Source of the DNA: Nemertoderma westbladi
Lineage: Eukaryota > Animalia > Xenacoelomorpha
Direction of reading: 5' to 3'
Assembly (NCBI GenBank): GCA_032718475.1
Contig: JAUCBJ010008852.1
Location: 28,720-92,719 of the forward strand
Length of the DNA: 64,000 nucleotides
Made by a program: the position numbers and the translations under genes. Shown here one piece after another: positions 12,001 to 25,604 of the stretch. The stretch's first letter is position 1. Every line of letters begins with the position of its first letter. The notes below the pieces were generated by a model. The model did no database searches and was not told the origin of the DNA. It saw nothing but the letters and a program-made list of their open reading frames with translations.

Positions 12001-15000
12001 TCCCTGGGTCTTTGTTTTGTACAGAGGGTCCTGGGTCTTTGTTTTGTACAGAGGGTCCTTGGGTCTTTGTTTTGTACAGAGGGTCCTTGGGTCTTTGTTT
12101 TGTACAGAGGGTCCTGGGTCTTTGTTTTGTACAGAGGGTCCCTGGGTCTTTGTTTTGTACAGAGGGTCCTGGGTCTTTGTTTTGTACAGAGGGTATTGGG
12201 TCTTTGTTTTGTACAGAGGGTCCTTGGGTCTTTGTTTTGAACATAGTGTCTTGGGTCTTTGTTTTGTACAGAGGGTCCTGGGTCTTTGTTTTGTACAGAG
12301 GGTCCCTGGGTCTTTGTTTTGTACAGAGGGTCCTGGGTCTTTGTTTTGTACAGAGGGTCTTGGTTCTTTGTTTTGTACAGAGGGTCTTGGGTCTTTGTTT
12401 TGTACAGAGGGTCTTGGGTCTTTGTTTTGTACAGAGGGTCTTGGGTCTTTGTTTTGTACAGAGGGTCTTGGGTCTTTGTTTTGTACAGAGGGTCCTGGGT
12501 CTTTGTTTTGTACAGAGGGTCCCTGGGTCTTTGTTTTGTACAGAGGGTCCTGGGTCTTTGTTTTGTACAGAGGGTCCCTGGGTCTTTGTTTTGTACAGAG
12601 GGTCCTGGGTCTTTGTTTTGTACAGAGGGTATTGGGTCTTTGTTTTGTACAGAGGGTCCTTGGGTCTTTGTTTTGAACATAGTGTCTTGGGTCTTTGTTT
12701 TGTACAGAGGGTCTTGGGTCTTTGTTTTGTACAGAGGGTATTGGGTCTTTGTTTTGTACTGAGGGTCTTGGGTCTTTGTTTTGTACAGAGGGTCCTTGGG
12801 TCTTTGTTTTGTACAGAGGGTCCTTGGGTCTTTGTTTTGTACAGAGGGTCCTTGGGTCTTTGTTTTGTACAGAGGGTCCTGGGTCTTTGTTTTGTACAGA
12901 GGGTCCTTGGGTCTTTGTTTTGTACAGAGGGTCCTTGGGTCTTTGTTTTGTACAGAGGGTCTTGGGTCTTTGTTTTGTACAGAGGGTCTTGGGTCTTTGT
13001 TTTGTACAGAGGGTCCTTGGGTCTTTGTTTTGTACAGAGGGTCCTGGGTCTTTGTTTTGTACAGAGGGTCCTGGGTCTTTGTTTTGTACAGAGGGTCTTG
13101 GGTCTTTGTTTTGTACAGAGGGTCTTGGGTCTTTGTTTTGTACAGAGGGTCTTGGGTCTTTGTTTTGTACAGAGGGTCTTGGTTCTTTGTTTTGTACAGA
13201 GGGTATTGGGTCTTTGTTTTGTACTGAGGGTCTTGGGTCTTTGTTTTGTACAGAGGGTCTTGGGTCTTTGTTTTGTACAGAGGGTCCTGGGTCTTTGTTT
13301 TGTACAGAGGGTCCCTGGGTCTTTGTTTTGTACAGAGGGTCTTGGGTCTTTGTTTTGTACAGAGGGTCTTGGGTCTTTGTTTTGTACAGAGGGTCCTTGG
13401 GTCTTTGTTTTGTACAGAGGGTCTTGGTTCTTTGTTTTGTACAGAGGGTCTTGGGTCTTTGTTTTGTACAGAGGGTATTGGGTCTTTGTTTTGTACAGAG
13501 GGTCCTTGGGTCTTTGTTTTGTACAGAGGGTCCTTGGGTCTTTGTTTTGAACATAGTGTCTTGGGTCTTTGTTTTGTACAGAGGGTCCTGGGTCTTTGTT
13601 TTGTACAGAGGGTCCCTGGGTCTTTGTTTTGTACTGAGGGTCTTGGTTCTTTGTTTTGTACATACTGTCTTGGGTCTTTGTTTTGTACAGAGGGTCTTGG
13701 TTCTTTGTTTTGTACAGAGTGTCTTGGGTCTTTGTTTTGTACAGAGGGTCCTTGGGTCTTTGTTTTGAACATAGTGTCTTGGGTCTTTGTTTTGTACAGA
13801 GGGTCCTTGGGTCTTTGTTTTGAACATAGTGTCTTGGGTCTTTGTTTTGTACAGAGGGTCCTGGGTCTTTGTTTTGTACAGAGGGTCCTGGGTCTTTGTT
13901 TTGTACAGAGGGTCCCTGGGTCTTTGTTTTGTACAGAGGGTCCCTGGGTCTTTGTTTTGTACTGAGGGTCTTGGTTCTTTGTTTTGTACATACTGTCTTG
14001 GGTCTTTGTTTTGTACAGAGGGTCTTGGTTCTTTGTTTTGTACAGAGTGTCTTGGGTCTTTGTTTTGTACAGAGGGTCCTTGGGTCTTTGTTTTGAACAT
14101 AGTGTCTTGGGTCTTTGTTTTGTACAGAGGGTCCTTGTGTCTTTGTTTTGTACAGAGGGTCCCTGGGTCTTTGTTTTGTACAGAGGGTCCTTGGGTCTTT
14201 GTTTTTTACTGAGGGTCCTTGGGTCTTTGTTTTGTACAGAGGGTCCTGGGTCTTTGTTTTGTACAGAGGGTCCTTGGGTCTATGTTTTGTACAGAGGGTC
14301 CTGGGTCTTTGTTTTGTACAGAGGGTATTGGGTTTATGTTTTGTACAGAGGGTCCCTGGGTCTTTGTTTTGTACAGAGGGTCCTTGGGTCTTTGTTTTGA
14401 ACATAGTGTCTTGGGTCTTTGTTTTGTACAGAGGGTCCCTGGGTCTTTGTTTTGTACTGAGGGTCTTGGTTCTTTGCTTTGTACATACTGTCTTGGGTCT
14501 TTGTTTTGTACAGAGGGTCTTGGTTCTTTGTTTTGTACAGAGTGTCTTGGGTCTTTGTTTTGTACAGAGGGTCCTTGGGTCTTTGTTTTGAACATAGTGT
14601 CTTGGGTCTTTGTTTTGTACAGAGGGTCCCTGGGTCTTTGTTTTGTACTGAGGGTCCTTGGGTCTTTGTTTTGAACATAGTGTCTTGGGTCTTTGTTTTG
14701 TACAGAGGGTCCCTGGGTCTTTGTTTTGTACTGAGGGTCTTGGTTCTTTGTTTTGTACATACTGTCTTGGGTCTTTGTTTTGTACAGAGGGTCCTTGGGT
14801 CTATGTTTTGTACAGAGGGTCCTTGGGTCTTTGTTTTGTACAGAGGGTCCTTGGGTCTTTGTTTTGTACAGAGGGTCTTGGGTCTTTGTTTTGTACAGAG
14901 GGTCCTGGGTCTTTGTTTTGTACAGAGGGTCCTTGGGTCTTTGTTTTGTACAGAGGGTCCTTGGGTCTTTGTTTTGTACAGAGGGTCCTGGGTCTTTGTT

Positions 15001-18000
15001 TTGAACATAGTGTCTTGGGTCTTTGTTTTGTACAGAGGGTCCTTGGGTCTATGTTTTGTACAGAGGGTCCTTGGGTCTTTGTTTTGTACAGAGGGTCCTG
15101 GGTCTTTGTTTTGAACATAGTGTCTTGGGTCTTTGTTTTGTACAGAGGGTCCTTGGGTCTATGTTTTGTACAGAGGGTCCTTGGGTCTATGTTTTGTACA
15201 GAGGGTCCTTGGGTCTTTGTTTTGAACATAGTGTCTTGGGTCTTTGTTTTGTACAGAGGGTCCTTGGGTCTATGTTTTGTACAGAGGGTCCTTGGGTCTT
15301 TGTTTTGTACAGAGGGTCCTGGGTCTTTGTTTTGTACAGAGGGTCCTTGGGTCTTTGTTTTGTACAGAGGGTCTTGGGTCTTTGTTTTGTACAGAGGGTC
15401 CTGGGTCTTTGTTTTGTACAGAGGGTCCTTGGGTCTTTGTTTTGTACAGAGGGTCCTGGGTCTTTGTTTTGTACAGAGGGTCCTTGGGTCTATGTTTTGT
15501 ACAGAGGGTATTGGGTTTATGTTTTGTACAGAGGGTCCCTGGGTCTTTGTTTTGTACAGAGGGTCCTTCGGTCTTTGTTTTGAACATAGTGTCTTGGGTC
15601 TTTGTTTTGTACAGAGGGTCCCTGGGTCTTTGTTTTGTACTGAGGGTCTTGGTTCTTTGTTTTGTACATACTGTCTTGGGTCTTTGTTTTGTACAGAGGG
15701 TCTTGGTTCTTTGTTTTGTACAGAGTGTCTTGGGTCTTTGTTTTGTACAGAGGGTCCTTGGGTCTTTGTTTTGAACATAGTGTCTTGGGTCTTTGTTTTG
15801 TACAGAGGGTCCTTGGGTCTATGTTTTGTACAGAGGGTCCTGGGTCTTTGTTTTGTACAGAGGGTCCCTGGGTCTTTGTTTTGTACAGAGGGTCCTGGGT
15901 CTTTGTTTTGTACAGAGGGTCCTTGGGTCTATGTTTTGTACAGAGGGTCCTGGGTCTTTGTTTTGTACAGAGGGTATTGGGTTTATGTTTTGTACAGAGG
16001 GTCCCTGGGTCTTTGTTTTGTACAGAGGGTCCTTGGGTCTTTGTTTTGAACATAGTGTCTTGGGTCTTTGTTTTGTACAGAGGGTCCCTGGGTCTTTGTT
16101 TTGTACTGAGGGTCTTGGTTCTTTGTTTTGTACATACTGTCTTGGGTCTTTGTTTTGTACAGAGGGTCTTGGTTCTTTGTTTTGTACAGAGTGTCTTGGG
16201 TCTTTGTTTTGTACAGAGGGTCCTTGGGTCTTTGTTTTGAACATAGTGTCTTGGGTCTTTGTTTTGTACAGAGGGTCCTTGGGTCTATGTTTTGTACAGA
16301 GGGTCCTTGGGTCTTTGTTTTGTACAGAGGGTCCTTGGGTCTTTGTTTTGTACAGAGGGTCTTGGGTCTTTGTTTTGTACAGAGGGTCCTGGGTCTTTGT
16401 TTTGTACAGAGGGTCCTTGGGTCTTTGTTTTGTACAGAGGGTCCTTGGGTCTTTGTTTTGTACAGAGGGTCCTGGGTCTTTGTTTTGAACATAGTGTCTT
16501 GGGTCTTTGTTTTGTACAGAGGGTCCTTGGGTCTATGTTTTGTACAGAGGGTCCTTGGGTCTTTGTTTTGTACAGAGGGTCCTGGGTCTTTGTTTTGAAC
16601 ATAGTGTCTTGGGTCTTTGTTTTGTACAGAGGGTCCTTGGGTCTATGTTTTGTACAGAGGGTCCTTGGGTCTATGTTTTGTACAGAGGGTCCTTGGGTCT
16701 TTGTTTTGAACATAGTGTCTTGGGTCTTTGTTTTGTACAGAGGGTCCTTGGGTCTATGTTTTGTACAGAGGGTCCTTGGGTCTTTGTTTTGTACAGAGGG
16801 TCCTGGGTCTTTGTTTTGTACAGAGGGTCCTTGGGTCTTTGTTTTGTACAGAGGGTCTTGGGTCTTTGTTTTGTACAGAGGGTCCTGGGTCTTTGTTTTG
16901 TACAGAGGGTCCTTGGGTCTTTGTTTTGTACAGAGGGTCCTGGGTCTTTGTTTTGTACAGAGGGTCCCTGGGTCTTTGTTTTGTACTGAGGGTCTTGGTT
17001 CTTTGTTTTGTACATACTGTCTTGGGTCTTTGTTTTGTACAGAGGGTCTTGGTTCTTTGTTTTGTACAGAGTGTCTTGGGTCTTTGTTTTGTACAGAGGG
17101 TCCTTGGGTCTTTGTTTTGAACATAGTGTCTTGGGTCTTTGTTTTGTACAGAGGGTCCTTGGGTCTTTGTTTTGTACAGAGGGTATTGGGTCTTTGTTTT
17201 GTACAGAGGGTATTGGGTTTATGTTTTGTACAGAGGGTCCTTGGGTCTTTGTTTTGTACAGAGGGTCCTTGGGTCTATGTTTTGTACAGAGGGTATTGGG
17301 TTTATGTTTTGTACAGAGGGTCCTTGGGTCTTTGTTTTGTACAGAGGGTATTGGGTTTATGTTTTGTACAGAGGGTCCTTGGGTCTTTGTTTTGTACAGA
17401 GGGTATTGGGTCTTTGTTTTGTACAGAGGGTATTGGGTTTATGTTTTGTACAGAGGGTCCTTGGGTCTTTGTTTTGTACAGAGGGTCCTTGGGTCTTTGT
17501 TTTGTACAGAGGGTATTGGGTCTTTGTTTTGTACAGAGGGTATTGGGTTTATGTTTTGTACAGAGGGTCCTTGGGTCTTTGTTTTGTACAGAGGGTCCTT
17601 GGTTCTTTGTTTTGTACAGAGGGTATTGGGTTTATGTTTTGTACAGAGGGTCCTTGGGTCTTTGTTTTGTACAGAGGGTCCTTGGGTCTATGTTTTGTAC
17701 AGAGGGTCCTTGGGTCTATGTTTTGTACAGAGGGTCCTTGGGTCTTTGTTTTGTACAGAGGGTCCTTGGGTCTATGTTTTGTACAGAGGGTCCCTGGGTC
17801 TTTGTTTTGTACAGAGGGTCCTGGGTCTTTGTTTTGTACAGAGGGTCCCTGGGTCTTTGTTTTGTACAGAGGGTCCCTGGGTCTTTGTTTTGTACAGAGG
17901 GTCCTGGGTCTTTGTTTTTTACTGAGGGTCTTGGTTCTTTGTTTTGTACAGAGGGTCCTGGGTCTTTGTTTTGTACAGAGGGTCCTTGGGTCTTTGTTTT

Positions 18001-21000
18001 GTACAGAGGGTCCCTGGGTCTTTGTTTTGTACAGAGGGTCCCTGGGTCTTTGTTTTGTACAGAGGGTCCTGGGTCTTTGTTTTGTACAGAGGGTCCCTGG
18101 GTCTTTGTTTTGTACAGAGGGTCCCTGGGTCTTTGTTTTGTACAGAGGGTCCTGGGTCTTTGTTTTTTACTGAGGGTCTTGGTTCTTTGTTTTGTACAGA
18201 GGGTCCTGGGTCTTTGTTTTGTACAGAGGGTCCTGGGTCTTTGTTTTGTACAGAGGGTCCTTGGGTCTTTGTTTTGTACAGAGGGTCCCTGGGTCTTTGT
18301 TTTGTACAGAGGGTCCCTGGGTCTTTGTTTTGTACAGAGGGTCCTGGGTCTTTGTTTTTTACTGAGGGTCTTGGTTCTTTGTTTTGTACAGAGGGTCCTG
18401 GGTCTTTGTTTTGTACAGAGGGTCCCTGGGTCTTTGTTTTGTACAGAGGGTCCCTGGGTCTTTGTTTTGTACAGAGGGTCCTGGGTCTTTGTTTTTTACT
18501 GAGGGTCTTGGTTCTTTGTTTTGTACAGAGGGTCCTGGGTCTTTGTTTTGTACAGAGGGTCCTTGGGTCTTTGTTTTGAACATAGTGTCTTGGGTCTTTG
18601 TTTTGTACAGAGGGTCCCTGGGTCTTTGTTTTGTACAGAGGGTCCCTGGGTCTTTGTTTTGTACAGAGGGTCTTGGGTCTTTGTTTTGTACAGAGGGTCC
18701 TTGGGTCTTTGTTTTGTACAGAGGGTCCCTGGGTCTTTGTTTTGTACAGAGGGTCCTGGGTCTTTGTTTTGTACAGAGGGTCTTGGGTCTTTGTTTTGTA
18801 CAGAGGGTCCTGGGTCTTTGTTTTGTACAGAGGGTCCTGGGTCTTTGTTTTGTACAGAGGGTCCTTGGGTCTTTGTTTTGTACTGAGGGTCCTTGGGTTT
18901 TTGTTTTTTACAGAGGGTCCTGGGTCTTTGTTTTGTACAGAGGGTCCTTGGGTCTTTGTTTTGTACTGAGGGTCCTTGGGTCTTTGTTTTTTACAGAGGG
19001 TCTTGGGTCTTTGTTTTGTACAGAGGGTCCTGGGTCTTTGTTTTGTACAGAGGGTCCTGGGTCTTTGTTTTGTACAGAGGGTCCTTGGGTCTTTGTTTTG
19101 TACTGAGGGTCCTTGGGTCTTTGTTTTTTACAGAGTGTCTTGGGTCTTTGTTTTGTACAGAGGGTCTTGGGTCTATGTTTTGTACAGAGGGTATTTGGTC
19201 TATGTTTTGTACAGAGGGTCCTGGGTCTTTGTTTTGTACAGAGGGTCTTGGGTCTATGTTTTGTACAAAGGGTCTTGTGTCTTTGTTTTGTACAGAGGGT
19301 CCTGGGTCATTGTTTTGTACAGAGGGTCCCGGGAATTTGTTTTGTACAGAGGGTCCTTGTGTCTATGTTTTGTACAGAGGGTCCTTGGGTCTTTGTTTTG
19401 TACAGAGGGTCCTTGGGTCTTTGTTTTGTACAGAGGGTCCTTGGGTCTTTGTTTTGTACTGAGGGTCTTGGTTCTTTGTTTTGTACAGAGTGTCTTGGGT
19501 CTTTGTTTTGTACAGAGGGTCCCTGGGTCTTTGTTTTGTACCGAGGGTCCTGGGTCTTTGTTTTGTACAGAGGTTCCTTTGGTCTTTGTTTTGTACAGAG
19601 GGTCCTGGGTCTTTGTTTTGTACAGAGGGTATTGGGTTTATGTTTTGTACAGAGGGTCCTTGGGTCTTTGTTTTGTACAAAGGGTCCTTGGGTCTTTGTT
19701 TTGTACATAGTGTCTTGGGTCTTTGTTTTGTAAGAGGGTCCCTGGGTCTTTGTTTTGTACAGAGGGTCCTTGTGTCTTTGTTTTGTACAGAGGGTCCCTG
19801 GGTCTTTGTTTTGTACAGAGGGTCCTTGGGTCTTTGTTTTTTACAGAGTGTCTTGGGTCTTTGTTTTGTATAGAGGGTCTTGGGTCTATGTTTTGTACAG
19901 AGGGTATTTGGTCTATGTTTTGTACAGAGGGTCCTGGGTCTTTGTTTTGTACAGAGGGTCTTGGGTCTTTGTTTTGTACAAAGGGTCTTGGGTCTTTGTT
20001 TTGTACAGAGGGTCCTGGGTCATTGTTTTGTACAGAGGGTCCCGGGAATTTGTTTTGTACAGAGGGTCCTTGGGTCTATGTTTTGTACAGAGGGTCCTTG
20101 GGTCTTTGTTTTGTACAGAGGGTCCTGGGTCTTTGTTTTGTACAGAGGGTCCTTGGGTCTTTGTTTTGTACTGAGGGTCTTGGTTCTTTGTTTTGTACAG
20201 AGGGTCTTGGGTCTTTGTTTTGTACAGAGGGTATTGGGTCTATGTTTTGTACAGAGGGTATTGGGTCTTTGTTTTGTACTGAGGGTCTTGGGTCTTTGTT
20301 TTGTACAGAGGGTCCTTGGGTCTTTGTTTTGTACAGAGGGTCCTGGGTCTTTGTTTTGTACAGAGGGTCTTGGGTCTTTGTTTTGTACAGAGGGTCCTGG
20401 GTCTTTGTTTTGTACAGAGGGTCCTGGGTCTTTGTTTTGTACAGAGGGTCCTTGGGTCTTTGTTTTGTACTGAGGGTCTTGGTTCTTTGTTTTGTACAGA
20501 GTGTCTTGGGTCTTTGTTTTGTACAGAGGGTCCTGGGTCTTTGTTTTGTACAGAGGGTCTTGGGTCTTTGTTTTGTACAGAGGGTCTTGGGTCTTTGTTT
20601 TGTACAGAGGGTATTGGGTCCATGTTTTTTACAGAGGGTCCTTGGGTCTTTGTTTTGTACAGAAGGTCCTGGGTCTTTGTTTTGTACAGAGGGTCCTTGG
20701 GTCTTTGTTTTGTACTGAGGGTCTTGGTTCTTTGTTTTGTACAGAGTGTCTTGGGTCTTTGTTTTGTACAGAGTGTCTTGGGTCTTTGTTTTGTACAGAG
20801 GGTCCTGGGTCTTTGTTTTGTACAGAGTGTCTTGGGTCTTTGTTTTGTACAGAGGGTCTTGGGTCTATGTTTTGTACAGAGGGTATGGGGTCTTTGTTTT
20901 GTACAGAAGGTCCTGGGTCTTTGTTTTGTACAGAGGGTCCTTGGGTCTTTGTTTTGTACTGAGGGTCTTGGTTCTTTGTTTTGTACTGAGTGTCTTGGGT

Positions 21001-21230
21001 CTTTGTTTTGTACAGAGGGTCCCTGGGTCTTTGTTTTGTACAGAGGGTCCTTGGGTCTTTGTTTTTTACTGAGGGTCCTTGGGTCTTTGTTTTGTACAGA
21101 GGGTCCTGGGTCTTTGTTTTGTACAGAGGGTCCTTGGGTCTATGTTTTGTACAGAGGGTCCTTGGGTCTTTGTTTTGTACAGAGGGTCTTGGGTCTATGT
21201 TTTGTACAGAGGGTCATTGGGTCTATGTTT
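1..21230. repeat. Satellite array, 27/28-bp unit GGGTCTTTGTTTTGTACAGAGGGTC(C)(T/C)T, roughly 770 units, open at the window start
   Basis: Uninterrupted tandem repeat read directly. Homogeneous core at about 5.5-11.8 kb with more diverged flanks. Ends about 30 bp before the splice acceptor at 21259-21260. Confidence 0.99.
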
Positions 21231-21260
21231 GCCCTCAACCCAACAGTTTAAACTTTTCAG

Positions 21261-21398
21261 TTTTAATTGCCAACCAATCATTCAATCAATCGTCAACGAG
21301 ATTGACTATAGAACAACTTCATGTTGAAGATGCAGGCTATTACAAATGCTATGGAAACGACGACACTATTATTCATTCCACATATGTCTACGTCGATG
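21261..21398 (+). CDS. Exon of VEGFR/PDGFR-like Ig-domain gene (C-terminal half of an Ig domain)
   Basis: ttttcAG acceptor and G|GTAAGT donor. Translation VLIANQSFNQSSTRLTIEQLHVEDAGYYKCYGNDDTIIHSTYVYVD has the Ig LTI...DxGxYxC motif. Phase 1 at both ends. Confidence 0.9.
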
Positions 21399-22160
21399 GT
21401 AAGTCTAAACTTTTAACCAGGGTGCTACCGGTAGGCCTACTACTCTTCATTCAGGTACAGCTTTACTGCTGTTTATGCTACTTTTGTTTATTTATGGAAT
21501 AAACAAAATGTTCTAGAATATGATACAATTATTAAATAGAATAAATGGCCTGCATGGGCAGCCTTTTTATTGGTACCATAAAATAACTATAAGGCTGAAG
21601 AATGATTCCTGTAAATTATCGCTGGAGACACCTTTTTCAAAGAATGTAGCTAAAGAATAAAGCAAAAATAAATATTCTAGCTCATCCACGGAGGAGAAGG
21701 GAGGTGAACTATCTGTTTCATATTTCATGCAATCTCATTAAGATTTGTAGAAAAATTTGGGGGGGGGGGGGTCCAGGTACCTGAATAACGACACTATATT
21801 CCAGGACATGGTGTATACTACATAGGACTAACAGGCCATTTTAACTTGATTCAAACTTGATTTTTGTTAACGTACGACATTATTTACATACAACCGTATC
21901 TCCTAATCTTTGAGATTTAGCGGAACTTGAGCCCAAATCATTGGTTTTACTAAATCATCGAAAAAGTTGTAAATGCAACATATTCCTAGATTTAATTTAT
22001 TGTGCGTCCATTTTTATGACAAGTATAGCAATTAAATGGGTCTATATCTCACTGATCCAGCAATGTACTGTATGTAAAAAGTAAAGTAAAGTAAATTTTA
22101 CAGTTACTGTATCTGTGTCTGTACTGTATCTTACTAATCACAAACAATCTATGTTTATAG

Positions 22161-22345
22161 ACGAGAGTTCTGGATTCGTGCGTCCAAATCACTACGAGAA
22201 TTCGAAACCCATTGAACTAACATCTGAAGTCTCCGTCCTGGTTCCTTGCCGTAAGAAACGACCAACTGATAAACGATCCATAAGGTATTACAGACCCTCT
22301 CAAAAATACTCTCGCCCTTATGTATCATTCTTCCTAGAAGGCGTG
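22161..22345 (+). CDS. Exon of VEGFR/PDGFR-like gene (start of D2-like Ig domain)
   Basis: tttatAG acceptor and GTG|GTAAGT donor. DESSGFVRPNHYENSKPIELTSEVSVLVPCRKK... resembles the VEGFR D2 LVIPCR strand. Phase 1 in, phase 0 out. Confidence 0.8.
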
Positions 22346-22930
22346 GTAAGTTAACTCATGATTATAATTCTAATTGTAGATTTCCCACATTTCTAATATT
22401 TTGTAAATTTATATTTTGTAAAGTATTATGACAGAGTCAGCATGTTTATAGGCCTGGTACTTTGGTAGCAGTTGGTTACGATGTGATCTGTTAATGGCCA
22501 GACGCAGAACATGATCGATTTCCTATCATAGATCCATATCGTCGAGCTTTACAGTACTTAAATCGATTCGACCGCGGCTTAGGCTGCTGTAAGTTCGCAG
22601 CTGTTGCGACAGTTTGGCGCTGATATTTCCAATATTATCTGATTCAGTTGTGGCTGCGCTTAAACCCTAATATCAAGTGGAATGTAACCCATAATCTAAG
22701 CAAATGGACCAACGAATCCCAAACTAACAACGCTTACCAAAATAATAAATTATTGTTTTCTCTTTGATGAACACGAGTTGTTGACACGTGAACACCATAG
22801 TTCCCTATTTAATATATATTAATATTTTATTTAATCCAGGCCGTGTGGCCTGGATTAACAAGAACTTAAATTGGAAAAATTAACTGAAATTAACTTGGAA
22901 AAACAAACAAAAAAATACAAGAAAATATCA

Positions 22931-25210
22931 CAGTTACAGTTACAGTTACAGTTACAGTTACAGTTACAGTTACAGTTACAGTTACAGTTACAGTTACAGT
23001 TACAGTTACAGTTACAGTTACAGTTACAGTTACAGTTACAGTTACAGTTACAGTTACAGTTACAGTTACAGTTACAGTTACAGTTACAGTTACAGTTACA
23101 GTTACAGTTACAGTTACAGTTACAGTTACAGTTACAGTTACAGTTACAGTTACAGTTACAGTTACAGTTACAGTTACAGTTACAGTTACAGTTACAGTTA
23201 CAGTTACAGTTACAGTTACAGTTACAGTTACAGTTACAGTTACAGTTACAGTTACAGTTACAGTTACAGTTACAGTTACAGTTACAGTTACAGTTACAGT
23301 TACAGTTACAGTTACAGTTACAGTTACAGTTACAGTTACAGTTACAGTTACAGTTACAGTTACAGTTACAGTTACAGTTACAGTTACAGTTACAGTTACA
23401 GTTACAGTTACAGTTACAGTTACAGTTACAGTTACAGTTACAGTTACAGTTACAGTTACAGTTACAGTTACAGTTACAGTTACAGTTACAGTTACAGTTA
23501 CAGTTACAGTTACAGTTACAGTTACAGTTACAGTTACAGTTACAGTTACAGTTACAGTTACAGTTACAGTTACAGTTACAGTTACAGTTACAGTTACAGT
23601 TACAGTTACAGTTACAGTTACAGTTACAGTTACAGTTACAGTTACAGTTACAGTTACAGTTACAGTTACAGTTACAGTTACAGTTACAGTTACAGTTACA
23701 GTTACAGTTACAGTTACAGTTACAGTTACAGTTACAGTTACAGTTACAGTTACAGTTACAGTTACAGTTACAGTTACAGTTACAGTTACAGTTACAGTTA
23801 CAGTTACAGTTACAGTTACAGTTACAGTTACAGTTACAGTTACAGTTACAGTTACAGTTACAGTTACAGTTACAGTTACAGTTACAGTTACAGTTACAGT
23901 TACAGTTACAGTTACAGTTACAGTTACAGTTACAGTTACAGTTACAGTTACAGTTACAGTTACAGTTACAGTTACAGTTACAGTTACAGTTACAGTTACA
24001 GTTACAGTTACAGTTACAGTTACAGTTACAGTTACAGTTACAGTTACAGTTACAGTTACAGTTACAGTTACAGTTACAGTTACAGTTACAGTTACAGTTA
24101 CAGTTACAGTTACAGTTACAGTTACAGTTACAGTTACAGTTACAGTTACAGTTACAGTTACAGTTACAGTTACAGTTACAGTTACAGTTACAGTTACAGT
24201 TACAGTTACAGTTACAGTTACAGTTACAGTTACAGTTACAGTTACAGTTACAGTTACAGTTACAGTTACAGTTACAGTTACAGTTACAGTTACAGTTACA
24301 GTTACAGTTACAGTTACAGTTACAGTTACAGTTACAGTTACAGTTACAGTTACAGTTACAGTTACAGTTACAGTTACAGTTACAGTTACAGTTACAGTTA
24401 CAGTTACAGTTACAGTTACAGTTACAGTTACAGTTACAGTTACAGTTACAGTTACAGTTACAGTTACAGTTACAGTTACAGTTACAGTTACAGTTACAGT
24501 TACAGTTACAGTTACAGTTACAGTTACAGTTACAGTTACAGTTACAGTTACAGTTACAGTTACAGTTACAGTTACAGTTACAGTTACAGTTACAGTTACA
24601 GTTACAGTTACAGTTACAGTTACAGTTACAGTTACAGTTACAGTTACAGTTACAGTTACAGTTACAGTTACAGTTACAGTTACAGTTACAGTTACAGTTA
24701 CAGTTACAGTTACAGTTACAGTTACAGTTACAGTTACAGTTACAGTTACAGTTACAGTTACAGTTACAGTTACAGTTACAGTTACAGTTACAGTTACAGT
24801 TACAGTTACAGTTACAGTTACAGTTACAGTTACAGTTACAGTTACAGTTACAGTTACAGTTACAGTTACAGTTACAGTTACAGTTACAGTTACAGTTACA
24901 GTTACAGTTACAGTTACAGTTACAGTTACAGTTACAGTTACAGTTACAGTTACAGTTACAGTTACAGTTACAGTTACAGTTACAGTTACAGTTACAGTTA
25001 CAGTTACAGTTACAGTTACAGTTACAGTTACAGTTACAGTTACAGTTACAGTTACAGTTACAGTTACAGTTACAGTTACAGTTACAGTTACAGTTACAGT
25101 TACAGTTACAGTTACAGTTACAGTTACAGTTACAGTTACAGTTACAGTTACAGTTACAGTTACAGTTACAGTTACAGTTACAGTTACAGTTACAGTTACA
25201 GTTACAGTTA
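22931..25210. repeat. Perfect hexamer microsatellite (CAGTTA)380
   Basis: 2280 bp with no variant unit seen. Confidence 0.99.
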
Positions 25211-25604
25211 CACACATAGATGACCAAACAACCAAATAACGCAATAAATACTGTAGTGCCAATAATAATAAACAGAAATTCTACCACACTACGGGCTTGT
25301 TGTGTATTTCACACTTCCTGCGAGCACAGAAATGAGAAAAACACACAAACGGTACCGTTCCCTCGTTAATGAGGAGGGATTATCTTAAAATAAAATTGAT
25401 TATCTTATGTTACACGAAGGTACAATGCAATGGATTGATCGTTTATTAAATATAGTGAAATTATTATTTTTGCAGGCTGTTAACCTGTTTTGCCTTCTCT
25501 CCTACTCTCTCGCGAAATATTAGCGAAATATTTAAAGAGTCAATCTTCCATTGAAGGCGGTGTAGCTTAGTTAGTTGAGTGCCGGGCTTACAAATATCCG
25601 GCTC

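Noticed and set aside
1-21230. CRISPR array (repeat length 27-28 bp)
   Set aside because: Units are contiguous with no unique spacers, there are no cas genes, and the context is eukaryotic with spliceosomal introns.
1-21251. Giant ORFs up to about 4000 aa in all six frames
   Set aside because: The core 27/28-bp unit lacks stop codons in every frame; the translations are periodic artefacts.
22855-25287. Poly-CN, poly-QL and poly-VT ORFs; also a telomere call
   Set aside because: These are microsatellite translations. The unit is not TTAGGG-like and the tract is internal to an intron.
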